Part shown: positions 47,418-55,395 of the stretch, piece after piece | Layout of the letters: each line of letters opens with the position of its first letter | How positions within the stretch are numbered: position 1 is the stretch's first letter | NCBI GenBank assembly: GCA_024638845.1 | Contig: JAHEJN010000006.1 | Coordinates: 10,946 to 74,945 of the forward strand | DNA: 64,000 nucleotides | Origin: Acidimicrobiales bacterium | Lineage (GTDB): Bacteria; Actinomycetota; Acidimicrobiia; Acidimicrobiales; JAHEJN01 | Direction: 5' to 3' | Position numbers and translations under genes: made by a program | The notes under the pieces: generated by a model | Databases searched by the model: none | What the model was told of the DNA's origin: nothing | What the model saw: the letters and a program-made list of their open reading frames with translations, nothing else

Positions 47418-47833
47418 GGCGTCGAGTCGACGGCACTGCGCACTGCGTGCACGACTTCCTCGGCCGAGGCACCGGGGCCGAGAATGGCGGCCACGCCGGC
47501 CTGGCGCAGCGGCTCGACGTCGACATCGGGAATGATGCCGCCCACCACGACCGGCGTGTCGAGCCCCGCGTCGCGGAGTGCCTGGACCATCTTCGGCGCG
47601 AGGGTGAGATGGCCGGCATTGTGCATCGAGAGACCGACGGCGTCGGCATCTTCTTGTTCGACCACAGCAACGACGTTGTCGACGCTCTGCCGCAGGCCGA
47701 GGTAGATCACCTCACAGCCGGCGTCGCGCAGCAGGCGGGCGACGACACGAAGCCCCCGATCGTGACCGTCGAAGCCGAGCTTGGCCAGTACGACGCGAAG
47801 CGGGGGAGTTTCGCTCGATGGGGGGCCCGACAT
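47414..47833 (-). CDS. B12-binding small subunit of the split acyl-CoA mutase
   Basis: DGHDRG (DxHxxG), SMHNAGH, VVVGGIIP. ATG overlaps the large-subunit stop (TGATG). Confidence 0.9.
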   Translation of the reverse strand: MSGPPSSETPPLRVVLAKLGFDGHDRGLRVVARLLRDAGCEVIYLGLRQSVDNVVAVVEQEDADAVGLSMHNAGHLTLAPKMVQALRDAGLDTPVVVGGIIPDVDVEPLRQAGVAAILGPGASAEEVVHAVRSAVDSTP

Positions 47834-49476
47834 CAGAACACTGCCGGTTCGACATAGGTGCCGAACACGCCCTCGAGCGCGGCGACGATCTCGCCCTCGG
47901 TGGCCATGGCCTTGGCCGCATTGATCGTCGCCGGGACGGTGTTGGTGGTCGGCTCGGCCGCCGCCGCGACCAGGTCGTCGAGGGCGCGTCGCACCATCTC
48001 GTCGTTGCGCTGTTGTTTCACCTGCGCCAGCCGCTTCCGCTGGTAGTCCTCGACCGCCGGATCGATCCGGAGCAGGTTCGCGTCGTCGCGGGTGTCGCCG
48101 TCGGTGAACCGGTTCACCCCCACGACGACACGGCGGCCGCTGTTCACCGCCTGCTGGAATCGGTAGGCCGAGTCGGCGATCGAGCTGACGTGGTACCCGT
48201 TGTCGATCGCGGCGTAGGTGCCCTCGAGGATCGAGCCGTCTCCCAGCTCCAGCAGATGGTCGAAGATGGCCTCGGCGCGGCGCTCCATCTCATCGGTCAT
48301 CCACTCGACATAGGGCGACCCACCGAGGGGATCGGCCACCGAGGCCACGCCGGTCTCGTGGGCGACGATCTGCTGGGTGCGCAGCGCAATGCGGGCCGCC
48401 TCCTCGGTCGGGAGGGCCAGCGCCTCGTCGTAGGCGTCGGTGTGGAGGCTCTGGGTACCGCCGAGTACCCCCGCCAGCGCCTGGAGCGCCACCCGTGCGA
48501 TGTTGATCTCGGGCTGCTGTGCGGTCAAGGACACGCCGGCGGTCTGGGTGTGGAAGCGACACTTCATGCTGCGCTCGTCGGTTGCGCCGTACCGCTCCTT
48601 CATCCATCGGGCCCAGATCCGGCGGGCGGCCCGGAACTTGCCGATCTCCTCGAAGAAGTCGCTGTGGCTGTTGAAGAAGAAGCTCAGACGGGGAGCGAAG
48701 TCGTCGACGGGCAGCCCGACCGCCATCGCAGCCTCGACGTAGGCGAACCCGTTGGCCAGGGTGAACGCCAGCTCTTGGGCTGCAGTGCTGCCCGCCTCGC
48801 GGATGTGATATCCGCTTATCGAGATCGGGTGCCAGCGCGGCATCTCTGCGGTGGTGAAGCGCAACAGATCGGTGACGAGCCGCATGGAGGGCCGGGGCGG
48901 GAAGATGTACTCCTTCTGGGCCTGGTATTCCTTGAGGACGTCGTTCTGGATCGTGCCGCCGAGGCGCTGGCGTAGCACGCCGTTCTCCTCGGCGCAGGCG
49001 ATGTACATGCCCATGATGATGTTGGCCGGACCGTTGATGGTCATCGAGGTCGACACCCCGCCGAGATCGATCCCGGCGAAGAGATCACGCATGTCGGCAA
49101 GGGTGTCGATGGCAACGCCGGCTCGACCGACCTCGCCCTCGCTCCACTCGTGGTCGGAGTCGCGTCCCATGAGCGTGGGCATGTCGAAGGCCGTGCTCAA
49201 CCCGGTGCCGCCGTGGCGGAGCAGTTCCGTGAAGCGGGCGTTGGTGTCCTCGGCGGTCCCGAAGCCGGCGAACATCCGCATGGTCCACAAGCGGGAGCGG
49301 TACATGGTGGGGTAGATGCCCCGGGTGTAGGGGTACTGGCCCGGGTACGGGGCGTCGCCGTACACCACTTCGACGGGAACGTCGGACATCGTGACGAAAT
49401 CGGCGTCGCGCTCGGTTGCCGTCGCCGCCTCCTGCTCCCAGCGGGCTCGCGGGTCGTCATCGTGCGAGTCGGTCAC
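47833..49476 (-). CDS. Acyl-CoA mutase large (substrate-binding) subunit with an isobutyryl-CoA-mutase-type active-site signature
   Basis: Collinear with the MCM alpha TIM-barrel domain (AFDMPTLMGRDSD, TIQNDVLKEY, ISISGYHIREAG). Start placed at GTG 49476 with SD GAGGTG 6 nt upstream; the track ATG 49569 is the alternative. Confidence 0.88.
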   Translation of the reverse strand: MTDSHDDDPRARWEQEAATATERDADFVTMSDVPVEVVYGDAPYPGQYPYTRGIYPTMYRSRLWTMRMFAGFGTAEDTNARFTELLRHGGTGLSTAFDMPTLMGRDSDHEWSEGEVGRAGVAIDTLADMRDLFAGIDLGGVSTSMTINGPANIIMGMYIACAEENGVLRQRLGGTIQNDVLKEYQAQKEYIFPPRPSMRLVTDLLRFTTAEMPRWHPISISGYHIREAGSTAAQELAFTLANGFAYVEAAMAVGLPVDDFAPRLSFFFNSHSDFFEEIGKFRAARRIWARWMKERYGATDERSMKCRFHTQTAGVSLTAQQPEINIARVALQALAGVLGGTQSLHTDAYDEALALPTEEAARIALRTQQIVAHETGVASVADPLGGSPYVEWMTDEMERRAEAIFDHLLELGDGSILEGTYAAIDNGYHVSSIADSAYRFQQAVNSGRRVVVGVNRFTDGDTRDDANLLRIDPAVEDYQRKRLAQVKQQRNDEMVRRALDDLVAAAAEPTTNTVPATINAAKAMATEGEIVAALEGVFGTYVEPAVF

Positions 49477-49707
49477 GTGAATCACCTCGAGAACCACGAT
49501 ACTTCGCTGTCGTGAGGCAGGGACCCAGGTCACGGGTCCACCACGGGCAAATGCAGTGATCAATGGCATGTTCGGTATGGTTACCGCGAGAATCGTGAAC
49601 GACGTACCGGGTTACGTGCCGCCCGAGATCGAACCAGGCCGACGGATGCTCGACGCTGGATCCGGCGCCGATCAGCTCGGAGCCTGACCCGGTCCCGGCC
49701 CCTCGAT

Positions 49708-49721
49708 GTGACTTCGGTCCC
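49708..49721. promoter_or_regulatory. DosR-like box GTGACTTCGGTCCC upstream of the USP-regulator-kinase operon
   Basis: 11/14 match to GGGACTWWAGTCCC. It lies 71-84 bp upstream of ATG 49792, the same distance class as box 2 at the ADH gene. Confidence 0.3.
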
Positions 49722-49791
49722 TTTCGCCCGGTCGTCGTTGGGTCCACGATCACAGCGACGCTTCTCAGCGTCACCGATGAAGGGAAGTGAC

Positions 49792-50616
49792 ATGTTCGGA
49801 GACATCATCGTTCCGCTCGACGGCTCGGATCACTCAGCTGATGCGCTCGGACCCGCTGGTGCGCTGGCCCACTTCCTCGACGGGCGCGTCCGCGTAGCCG
49901 CGTTCGTCCAGCCGGGCGACGAGGACGAGATGAAGGACTGGGTGGGGGGTCAGCTCCGCGCGCTCGGTGATGTCGAACGCGAGGTCATCATCCAGCGGCT
50001 GAGCGGCTCGATCGCGGAGCAGCTCCACGCGTTGGTCGCGGATTCGCCGAGCGACCTGATCTGCATGGCAACCCACGGTCGTGGCCGCAGTGCGGCGATG
50101 TTCGGAAGCGTCGCTTCCGACATCCTCCGACTCAGCACCGCGCCCGTGATGCTGATCGGGCCGGAATACCGTGCCCATGAGTTCCGGGCGACGGGCAAGA
50201 TGCTCGTCGCCGTCGATGGGAGCAAACACGGTGAGGCGGTGCTGCCGATTGCGGAGGCCTTCGCCATCGTGTTCGGCAACGACGTGAACGTGGCGACCGT
50301 GATCGACTCGAAGGCCATGACGGCGATGCAGGCCGCAGGTGGGTCGAAGGTCGTCGAGTCGAACTACGTCCACAACATCGCCGAGAAGATCGGGTCCGAG
50401 ATCGGGCGGGCGGTCTCCTATGAGGTTCTGCACGGTGACCACCCGGCCGAATCGCTGATCGAACACGCCGACGCGCTCGACGCCTCGCTGCTCGTGATGG
50501 CCACCCACGGCGTCACCGGTATGCGCCGGGCTGTCTCCGGCAGCGTGGTCGCCGATGCGGTGCGTCGGGCTCCCATGCCGGTCCTTGCGATGCGTCCCGC
50601 CGAATTGTCCGGCTGA
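49792..50616 (+). CDS. Universal stress protein, tandem USP domains
   Basis: MFGDIIVPLDGSDHS..., MLVAVDGSKHGE..., LLVMATHGVTGMRR. SD gaagggaag. Start trimmed. Confidence 0.88.
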   Translation: MFGDIIVPLDGSDHSADALGPAGALAHFLDGRVRVAAFVQPGDEDEMKDWVGGQLRALGDVEREVIIQRLSGSIAEQLHALVADSPSDLICMATHGRGRSAAMFGSVASDILRLSTAPVMLIGPEYRAHEFRATGKMLVAVDGSKHGEAVLPIAEAFAIVFGNDVNVATVIDSKAMTAMQAAGGSKVVESNYVHNIAEKIGSEIGRAVSYEVLHGDHPAESLIEHADALDASLLVMATHGVTGMRRAVSGSVVADAVRRAPMPVLAMRPAELSG

Positions 50617-50652
50617 TCGGCCGCAGTGGCAGCGTCGAGAGGTGCGAGCGTT

Positions 50653-51321
50653 GTGAGCCAGACAACGGACATGATTCGAGTGCTCTTGCTCGACGACCAC
50701 GAGATCGTTCGGCTCGGTGTCGCCGAGATCGTGAACGCAGAGCCAGACATGGAGGTGGTCGCCCAGGCTGGCACGTCGGGCGACGCGCTTCAGCTCGTCC
50801 GGTCGGCGAACCCGCAGGTGGCGGTGCTCGATGTGCGGTTGGGCGAGTCCGACACCAACGGCATCGAGGTCTGTCGCGAGATTCGCTCGCGTCATCCCGA
50901 GGTCGCGTGCCTCATTCTCACCTCTTTCGCCGATGATCACGCACTCGTCGAGGCCTCCCTCGCCGGCGCAGCCGGGTACGTGCTGAAACAGATCCGGAGC
51001 AATGACCTCATCGAGTCGATCCGTCGCGTGGCCGACGGCGGGCAACTGCTCGACAGCGCGTCGGTTCGCATGAGCCTCCAGCGGCTCCGCGACAGCGAGG
51101 AGGGCCGGGTCGCCGAGCTCACTCCGCAGGAGCGAAACATCTTCGATCTCATCGGCGAGGGGTACTCGAACCGCCAGATCGCCGACGAGATGTTCCTTGC
51201 CGAGAAGACCGTGAAGAACTACGTGTCCAACGTGCTGTCAAAGCTCGGCATGGCCCGCCGAACCGAGGCTGCGGCCTACGCGGCCCGTCTGGAAGAGCGC
51301 CGTCGACTGCGGTACGAATGA
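50653..51321 (+). CDS. NarL/LuxR-family response regulator, DevR/DosR-like
   Basis: MIRVLLLDDHEIVR, VAVLDVRL (phospho-Asp), CLILTS, and C-terminal LTPQERNIF...NRQIADEMFLAEKTVKNYVSNVLSKLGMARRTEAA, close to remembered DevR. The start is GTG 50653 or ATG 50671. Confidence 0.9.
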   Translation: MSQTTDMIRVLLLDDHEIVRLGVAEIVNAEPDMEVVAQAGTSGDALQLVRSANPQVAVLDVRLGESDTNGIEVCREIRSRHPEVACLILTSFADDHALVEASLAGAAGYVLKQIRSNDLIESIRRVADGGQLLDSASVRMSLQRLRDSEEGRVAELTPQERNIFDLIGEGYSNRQIADEMFLAEKTVKNYVSNVLSKLGMARRTEAAAYAARLEERRRLRYE

Positions 51322-53555
51322 GCCCTTCGTCGGTTGACAACACCTATCTCGAGGTTGCACCCGACGCCGTGATCCTCGTAGCAGCTGACGGCACGATCGA
51401 GTACGCGAACCCGCAGGCGTTGGTGCTCTTCGGTTCGGCCGACGGATCCACCGAGGCGACGATGGCCGGACGCTCGGTCGACGAGTTCGTGCCCTCCGAG
51501 TCACGTCCGGCCCACCGTGCCTTCCGGAGTCAATACGTCGAGAACCCGACGACGAGGTTGATGGGTTCACCCGCTTCGGTGCTGCTCGCCCGGCGGGCCG
51601 ACGGCACCGTGTTCCCCTGCGAGATCGGCTTGAGCCCGGTCGCTGCACCGTCGGAGCACCAGCTGACGATGGCCATCGTGCGCGACATCACCAGCCGACG
51701 CGTGGCCGACCGGCACACACAGATGATTCGGTCGTCCCTCGATGCCGTCGACGACGGTGTGCTCATCTTCGACGACGAGTCGCTCGTGATCCGCTACGCC
51801 AATCATGGGGCCGTGCTCCAGACCGGTCGGCCCGTCCGCGACCTGATCGACGACATGACACTGCTCGATCTGGTTCCCGACCTCGGTGCCGGTGAGCTCC
51901 GGAGCCTGCTCGCCCCGGTCGCCTCGGGAGCGTCCGAAGCCGTCACGGTGACCGCGGCGTTCGCGAACCCGAACGGTGACGAGGTGGCCGTGGAGATGTC
52001 GATTCAGCATCCACCGGCTGCGACCCACGACGGTCACGGGCACTATGTGGCCATCGCCAGGGACATAACCGAGCGGCGTGACGCCGAACGGTACCTGCGA
52101 GCGAGCGAGGCCGGGTTCCGATCGGCGTTCACCGACGCCCCGGTCGGCATGTTGATCACGGATCCCGGCGTCGATGGACTGCCGCACATTCTGGAAGCCA
52201 ATCAGGAGTTCTGCGAGATGCTCGGTTACGCGCCGGGAGAGCTCCAAGGCCGATCCGTGGCCGAGATCACCCACCCCGACGACCAGGCCCGCGGCGAACA
52301 GATCGCGGCATGGGAGGGCCCGGGTGCCACGGTCGTCGAGAAGCGATTCATTCACCGGTCCGGACAGGTCCGCTGGTGCCGCGAGCATTCCGCCGACCTG
52401 AACACGGTCGCGGGTCAACGCCGTCGACTGGCGCACGTGATCGACATCACCCGTCGGGTGATGGCCGAGTCGGCTCGCGACCACCGGGAGGACACGCTGG
52501 TGGCACTCGGCGACATCCGGCGACGGTTGCTCGACGAGCAACCGGTGCCCGACGCTCTCGCTGACATCACCGACGCCGCAGTCCGACTCGCCGGAGGACA
52601 GAGCGGTCATGTGCTCGTGCCCCGTCACGGTGGCTACGAGCTGGCTGCCGCGGCGAGTGCGAGGGAGGTGTCGGTCGTGTCCGTCGCCCAGTTGGTCGAA
52701 TGCCCGCTGGCCGATCGCGTGCTCCTCGGAGGCCGGACCATCCAGACCGCCCAAGCAGAGCTCTCGGTCGACGATCTACCCTTCGAGATCGGTCCAGGAG
52801 CGGTCATTGCCGCACCGCTCATCACCCGCGAAGCCGTCGAGGGGGTCATGGTGGTCACGGGAGTCGATCCCGACCAGGCTCACCTCCTTCGGCGCACCGT
52901 CGAGTCGCTGGCCGGTGAGGCGGCGCTGGCCATCCAGCTCGCCCGGTCTCGCCGGGAGCGGCGTCGGCTGACGATCGTCGAGGACCGAGACCGGATCGCT
53001 CGCGATCTCCACGACGTCGTGATCCAGCGTTTGTTCGCCGCCGGCATGCGCCTCCAGTCGGCCGCCATGTCGGGCACCAACCTTCGGGGCCGGGTGATCG
53101 AAACGGTGAGCGAGCTCGACGAGACGATCGGCACGATTCGCGACACGATCTTCCGGCTCACCAGATCCGAACCCGACCTCCACGACGAGATCGTGATGTT
53201 GGCCCATGGCTTCGAGACTCCGGCCGGCCGTCCCATCGACATCGACGTTGCCTCCGATGTCGCATCGGTCTCCGATCGTGTCGGCGAGCAGTTGTTGCCG
53301 ACGGTCAACGAGCTCTTGTCGAACGCGGCTCGGCACAGCAACGCCACGAGAATTGCGCTGAACGTGAGGCACGACTCCGAGGGTGCGCTCGTGGTCGTGG
53401 TGTCCGACGACGGCGACGGATTCGACGAGGACGAGCCGAAGGGCTTCGGCATCGGGAGCGTCACCGCGCGAGCGACCCAGCTCGGTGGCACCGTCGCCAT
53501 CGCGTCACACCCGGGCGAGGGAACCACGGTCACGTGGCGCGTGCCACCGCGGTGA
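51318..53555 (+). CDS. Sensor histidine kinase: PAS-PAS-PAS-GAF-HisKA_3-HATPase_c
   Basis: Three PAS-like blocks each end in DIT(S/E/R)RR. A GAF-like block follows. H-box EDRDRIARDLHDVVIQRLFAAG, and N/G boxes ELLSNAARHS / DDGDGF / GFGIGS. 4-nt overlap with the regulator gene. Confidence 0.9.
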   Translation: MSPSSVDNTYLEVAPDAVILVAADGTIEYANPQALVLFGSADGSTEATMAGRSVDEFVPSESRPAHRAFRSQYVENPTTRLMGSPASVLLARRADGTVFPCEIGLSPVAAPSEHQLTMAIVRDITSRRVADRHTQMIRSSLDAVDDGVLIFDDESLVIRYANHGAVLQTGRPVRDLIDDMTLLDLVPDLGAGELRSLLAPVASGASEAVTVTAAFANPNGDEVAVEMSIQHPPAATHDGHGHYVAIARDITERRDAERYLRASEAGFRSAFTDAPVGMLITDPGVDGLPHILEANQEFCEMLGYAPGELQGRSVAEITHPDDQARGEQIAAWEGPGATVVEKRFIHRSGQVRWCREHSADLNTVAGQRRRLAHVIDITRRVMAESARDHREDTLVALGDIRRRLLDEQPVPDALADITDAAVRLAGGQSGHVLVPRHGGYELAAAASAREVSVVSVAQLVECPLADRVLLGGRTIQTAQAELSVDDLPFEIGPGAVIAAPLITREAVEGVMVVTGVDPDQAHLLRRTVESLAGEAALAIQLARSRRERRRLTIVEDRDRIARDLHDVVIQRLFAAGMRLQSAAMSGTNLRGRVIETVSELDETIGTIRDTIFRLTRSEPDLHDEIVMLAHGFETPAGRPIDIDVASDVASVSDRVGEQLLPTVNELLSNAARHSNATRIALNVRHDSEGALVVVVSDDGDGFDEDEPKGFGIGSVTARATQLGGTVAIASHPGEGTTVTWRVPPR

Positions 53556-53644
53556 GTCCCCGTCAGCCGACAAATGACCAATGGCCCTGTCTCGGCATGT
53601 GAGCGGCAGTGAGACTCGGAGTTACACCGAGGAGGAGTCCCGCC

Positions 53645-54511
53645 ATGAATGACCGAGTTCACGTTCCGACAAGCATCACGGTCGGGGTCGACGGCACGCC
53701 GGCGTCGATCGCGGCGCTGCGTTGGGCGATCGCGTTGGCGGAACGCACTGGTGCCTCGATCGAGGCGGTCATGGCGTGGCGGTACCCGTTCCTGGCGACG
53801 ATGCCGGGGCTGATCGGGGCGGTTCCTCCCGTGGCCGACATGGAGACCGCGGCCCTTCAGGGTCTCGACAAGATCCTCGGATCGGTGCACACCGAGGTGC
53901 ACATCGAGCCCGTTGCCGCGATGGGCAGCGGCTCGCAGGTGCTCATCGACGCGAGTCGGGGTCAGGATCTCCTGGTGGTCGGCCGCCGCGGTAGTGGGGG
54001 CCTGCGGGGCCTCGGATCGACCAGTCGCCACTGTTCCATTCACGCCCCGACCTCGGTGGCGGTGATTCCCGAAGGGGCCGAGCCACTGGTGGCCGACCCG
54101 AGCGTCATGGTCGCAGTGGACGGGTCGCCGCACTCGATCGACGCAATGGTGTGGGCGGCGCGGGCCTTCGCGCCCAGTGCCAAGATCGCGGTCTCCCACA
54201 GCCACGACGAGCAGATGCTCGACTATCACGACCTGCCCGGCGAGGTGCGTAGCGGCCTTCAGGAGCGGGCAGGCCTCCGCCTCGGCGACGCGGTCGACCG
54301 TGCTCTGGTTCGGCTCGAGACGCCCGTCGAGTTCGAGCAACACGTGTACGAAGGCGATCCCCGCTCGACGATTCTCGATGCCGCATGGGGCGTCGACGTC
54401 CTCGTCGTCGGTGACCGGGGCAACTCGGGCGTCCGAGGGCTCCTACTGGGCTCGTTCGCCTCGTACGCTGTCGGACACGCCGAGGTACCCGTGGTCATCG
54501 CCCGCGTCTGA
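53645..54511 (+). CDS. Universal stress protein, tandem USP domains
   Basis: ITVGVDGTPAS..., VMVAVDGSPHS..., VLVVGDRGNSGVRGLLLGS. SD GAGGAGGAG. Confidence 0.88.
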   Translation: MNDRVHVPTSITVGVDGTPASIAALRWAIALAERTGASIEAVMAWRYPFLATMPGLIGAVPPVADMETAALQGLDKILGSVHTEVHIEPVAAMGSGSQVLIDASRGQDLLVVGRRGSGGLRGLGSTSRHCSIHAPTSVAVIPEGAEPLVADPSVMVAVDGSPHSIDAMVWAARAFAPSAKIAVSHSHDEQMLDYHDLPGEVRSGLQERAGLRLGDAVDRALVRLETPVEFEQHVYEGDPRSTILDAAWGVDVLVVGDRGNSGVRGLLLGSFASYAVGHAEVPVVIARV

Positions 54512-54535
54512 ACCGCCGGCCGAGGGAGGGACGAC

Positions 54536-55393
54536 ATGATCAAGGGGAAGGTCCTGGTGGCCGTCGACGGCTCGGAGGGCGCAGCCCACGCGCTGCGCTG
54601 GGCCGCCGACCGGGCATCGGCCGCCGGTTCGGAGCTTCGCGTCATGACGGCATGGGAGACCCCTGCGTTGCTCGGCTTTCCTGCAGGAGCAGGCATCGTG
54701 GTGCCGACCGACGCCGAGCTGGCCGCGCTCGGACAGCAGCTGCTCGACGAGGCCATCGCCGACGCCGCGCCCGACCACGTGCCGACCGCACAGCGGTCGG
54801 TGCGCCACGGCCGGCCAGGTAGCGCCGTGCTCGAAGAGATCGACTCGTACGGACCCGACCTCGTGGTCGTCGGCACCCATGGGCACTCGGCCATCGCCCG
54901 GATGTTGCTCGGAAGCGTGAGCGCCAACATCGCAGCCCATGCTCCGTGCCCCGTTGTGGTCGTCCCGGAGCGGGCCAAGATCGGCCAGACCGGGCCGGTC
55001 CGCGTGGGCTTCGACGGTTCCGAGGGGTCTCGGGCCGCGTTGGCGTGGGTCGCGCATCATGCGTCCTGCCCGATCGAGGTCGTGCATGCGTGGAAGGTGC
55101 CGAAGGTCTTCGGGGCCCCTCGCCACTCGAGCGAGGAGATCGAGGCGAGCGCGACCGAGGTGATCGAATCGGTGGTCGCGCCGCTACCGGTCCGTGACCG
55201 GGTCATGATCAAGGTGGTCGAGGGCGAGGCCCGCGAGGTGCTGCTGAAGAACACCGACGAGCTCGCGGCACTGGTGGTCGGTCGTCGCCGTACCGGCCCC
55301 CTTGCCTCCCTGCTGGGCTCGGTGTCCACCTATGTCGCCGGCCACGCCGACCTGCCGGTGGTGGTGGTACCGCCGTCTGAAGACGCCGGGTAG
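54536..55393 (+). CDS. Universal stress protein, tandem USP domains
   Basis: MIKGKVLVAVDGSEGA..., LVVVGTHGHSAIARMLLGS, VRVGFDGSEGS. Confidence 0.9.
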   Translation: MIKGKVLVAVDGSEGAAHALRWAADRASAAGSELRVMTAWETPALLGFPAGAGIVVPTDAELAALGQQLLDEAIADAAPDHVPTAQRSVRHGRPGSAVLEEIDSYGPDLVVVGTHGHSAIARMLLGSVSANIAAHAPCPVVVVPERAKIGQTGPVRVGFDGSEGSRAALAWVAHHASCPIEVVHAWKVPKVFGAPRHSSEEIEASATEVIESVVAPLPVRDRVMIKVVEGEAREVLLKNTDELAALVVGRRRTGPLASLLGSVSTYVAGHADLPVVVVPPSEDAG

Positions 55394-55395
55394 CC

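Noticed and set aside
49477-49791. Possible cobalamin riboswitch upstream of the B12-dependent mutase
   Set aside because: I recognised no B12-box-like sequence or multi-stem architecture. B12 enzymes are not typical riboswitch targets anyway.
53574-53587. ATGACCAATGGCCC upstream of USP 53645 as a possible DosR-like box
   Set aside because: Only about 10/14 identity to box 2 and it lacks the GGGAC half-site. It is indistinguishable from chance by eye.
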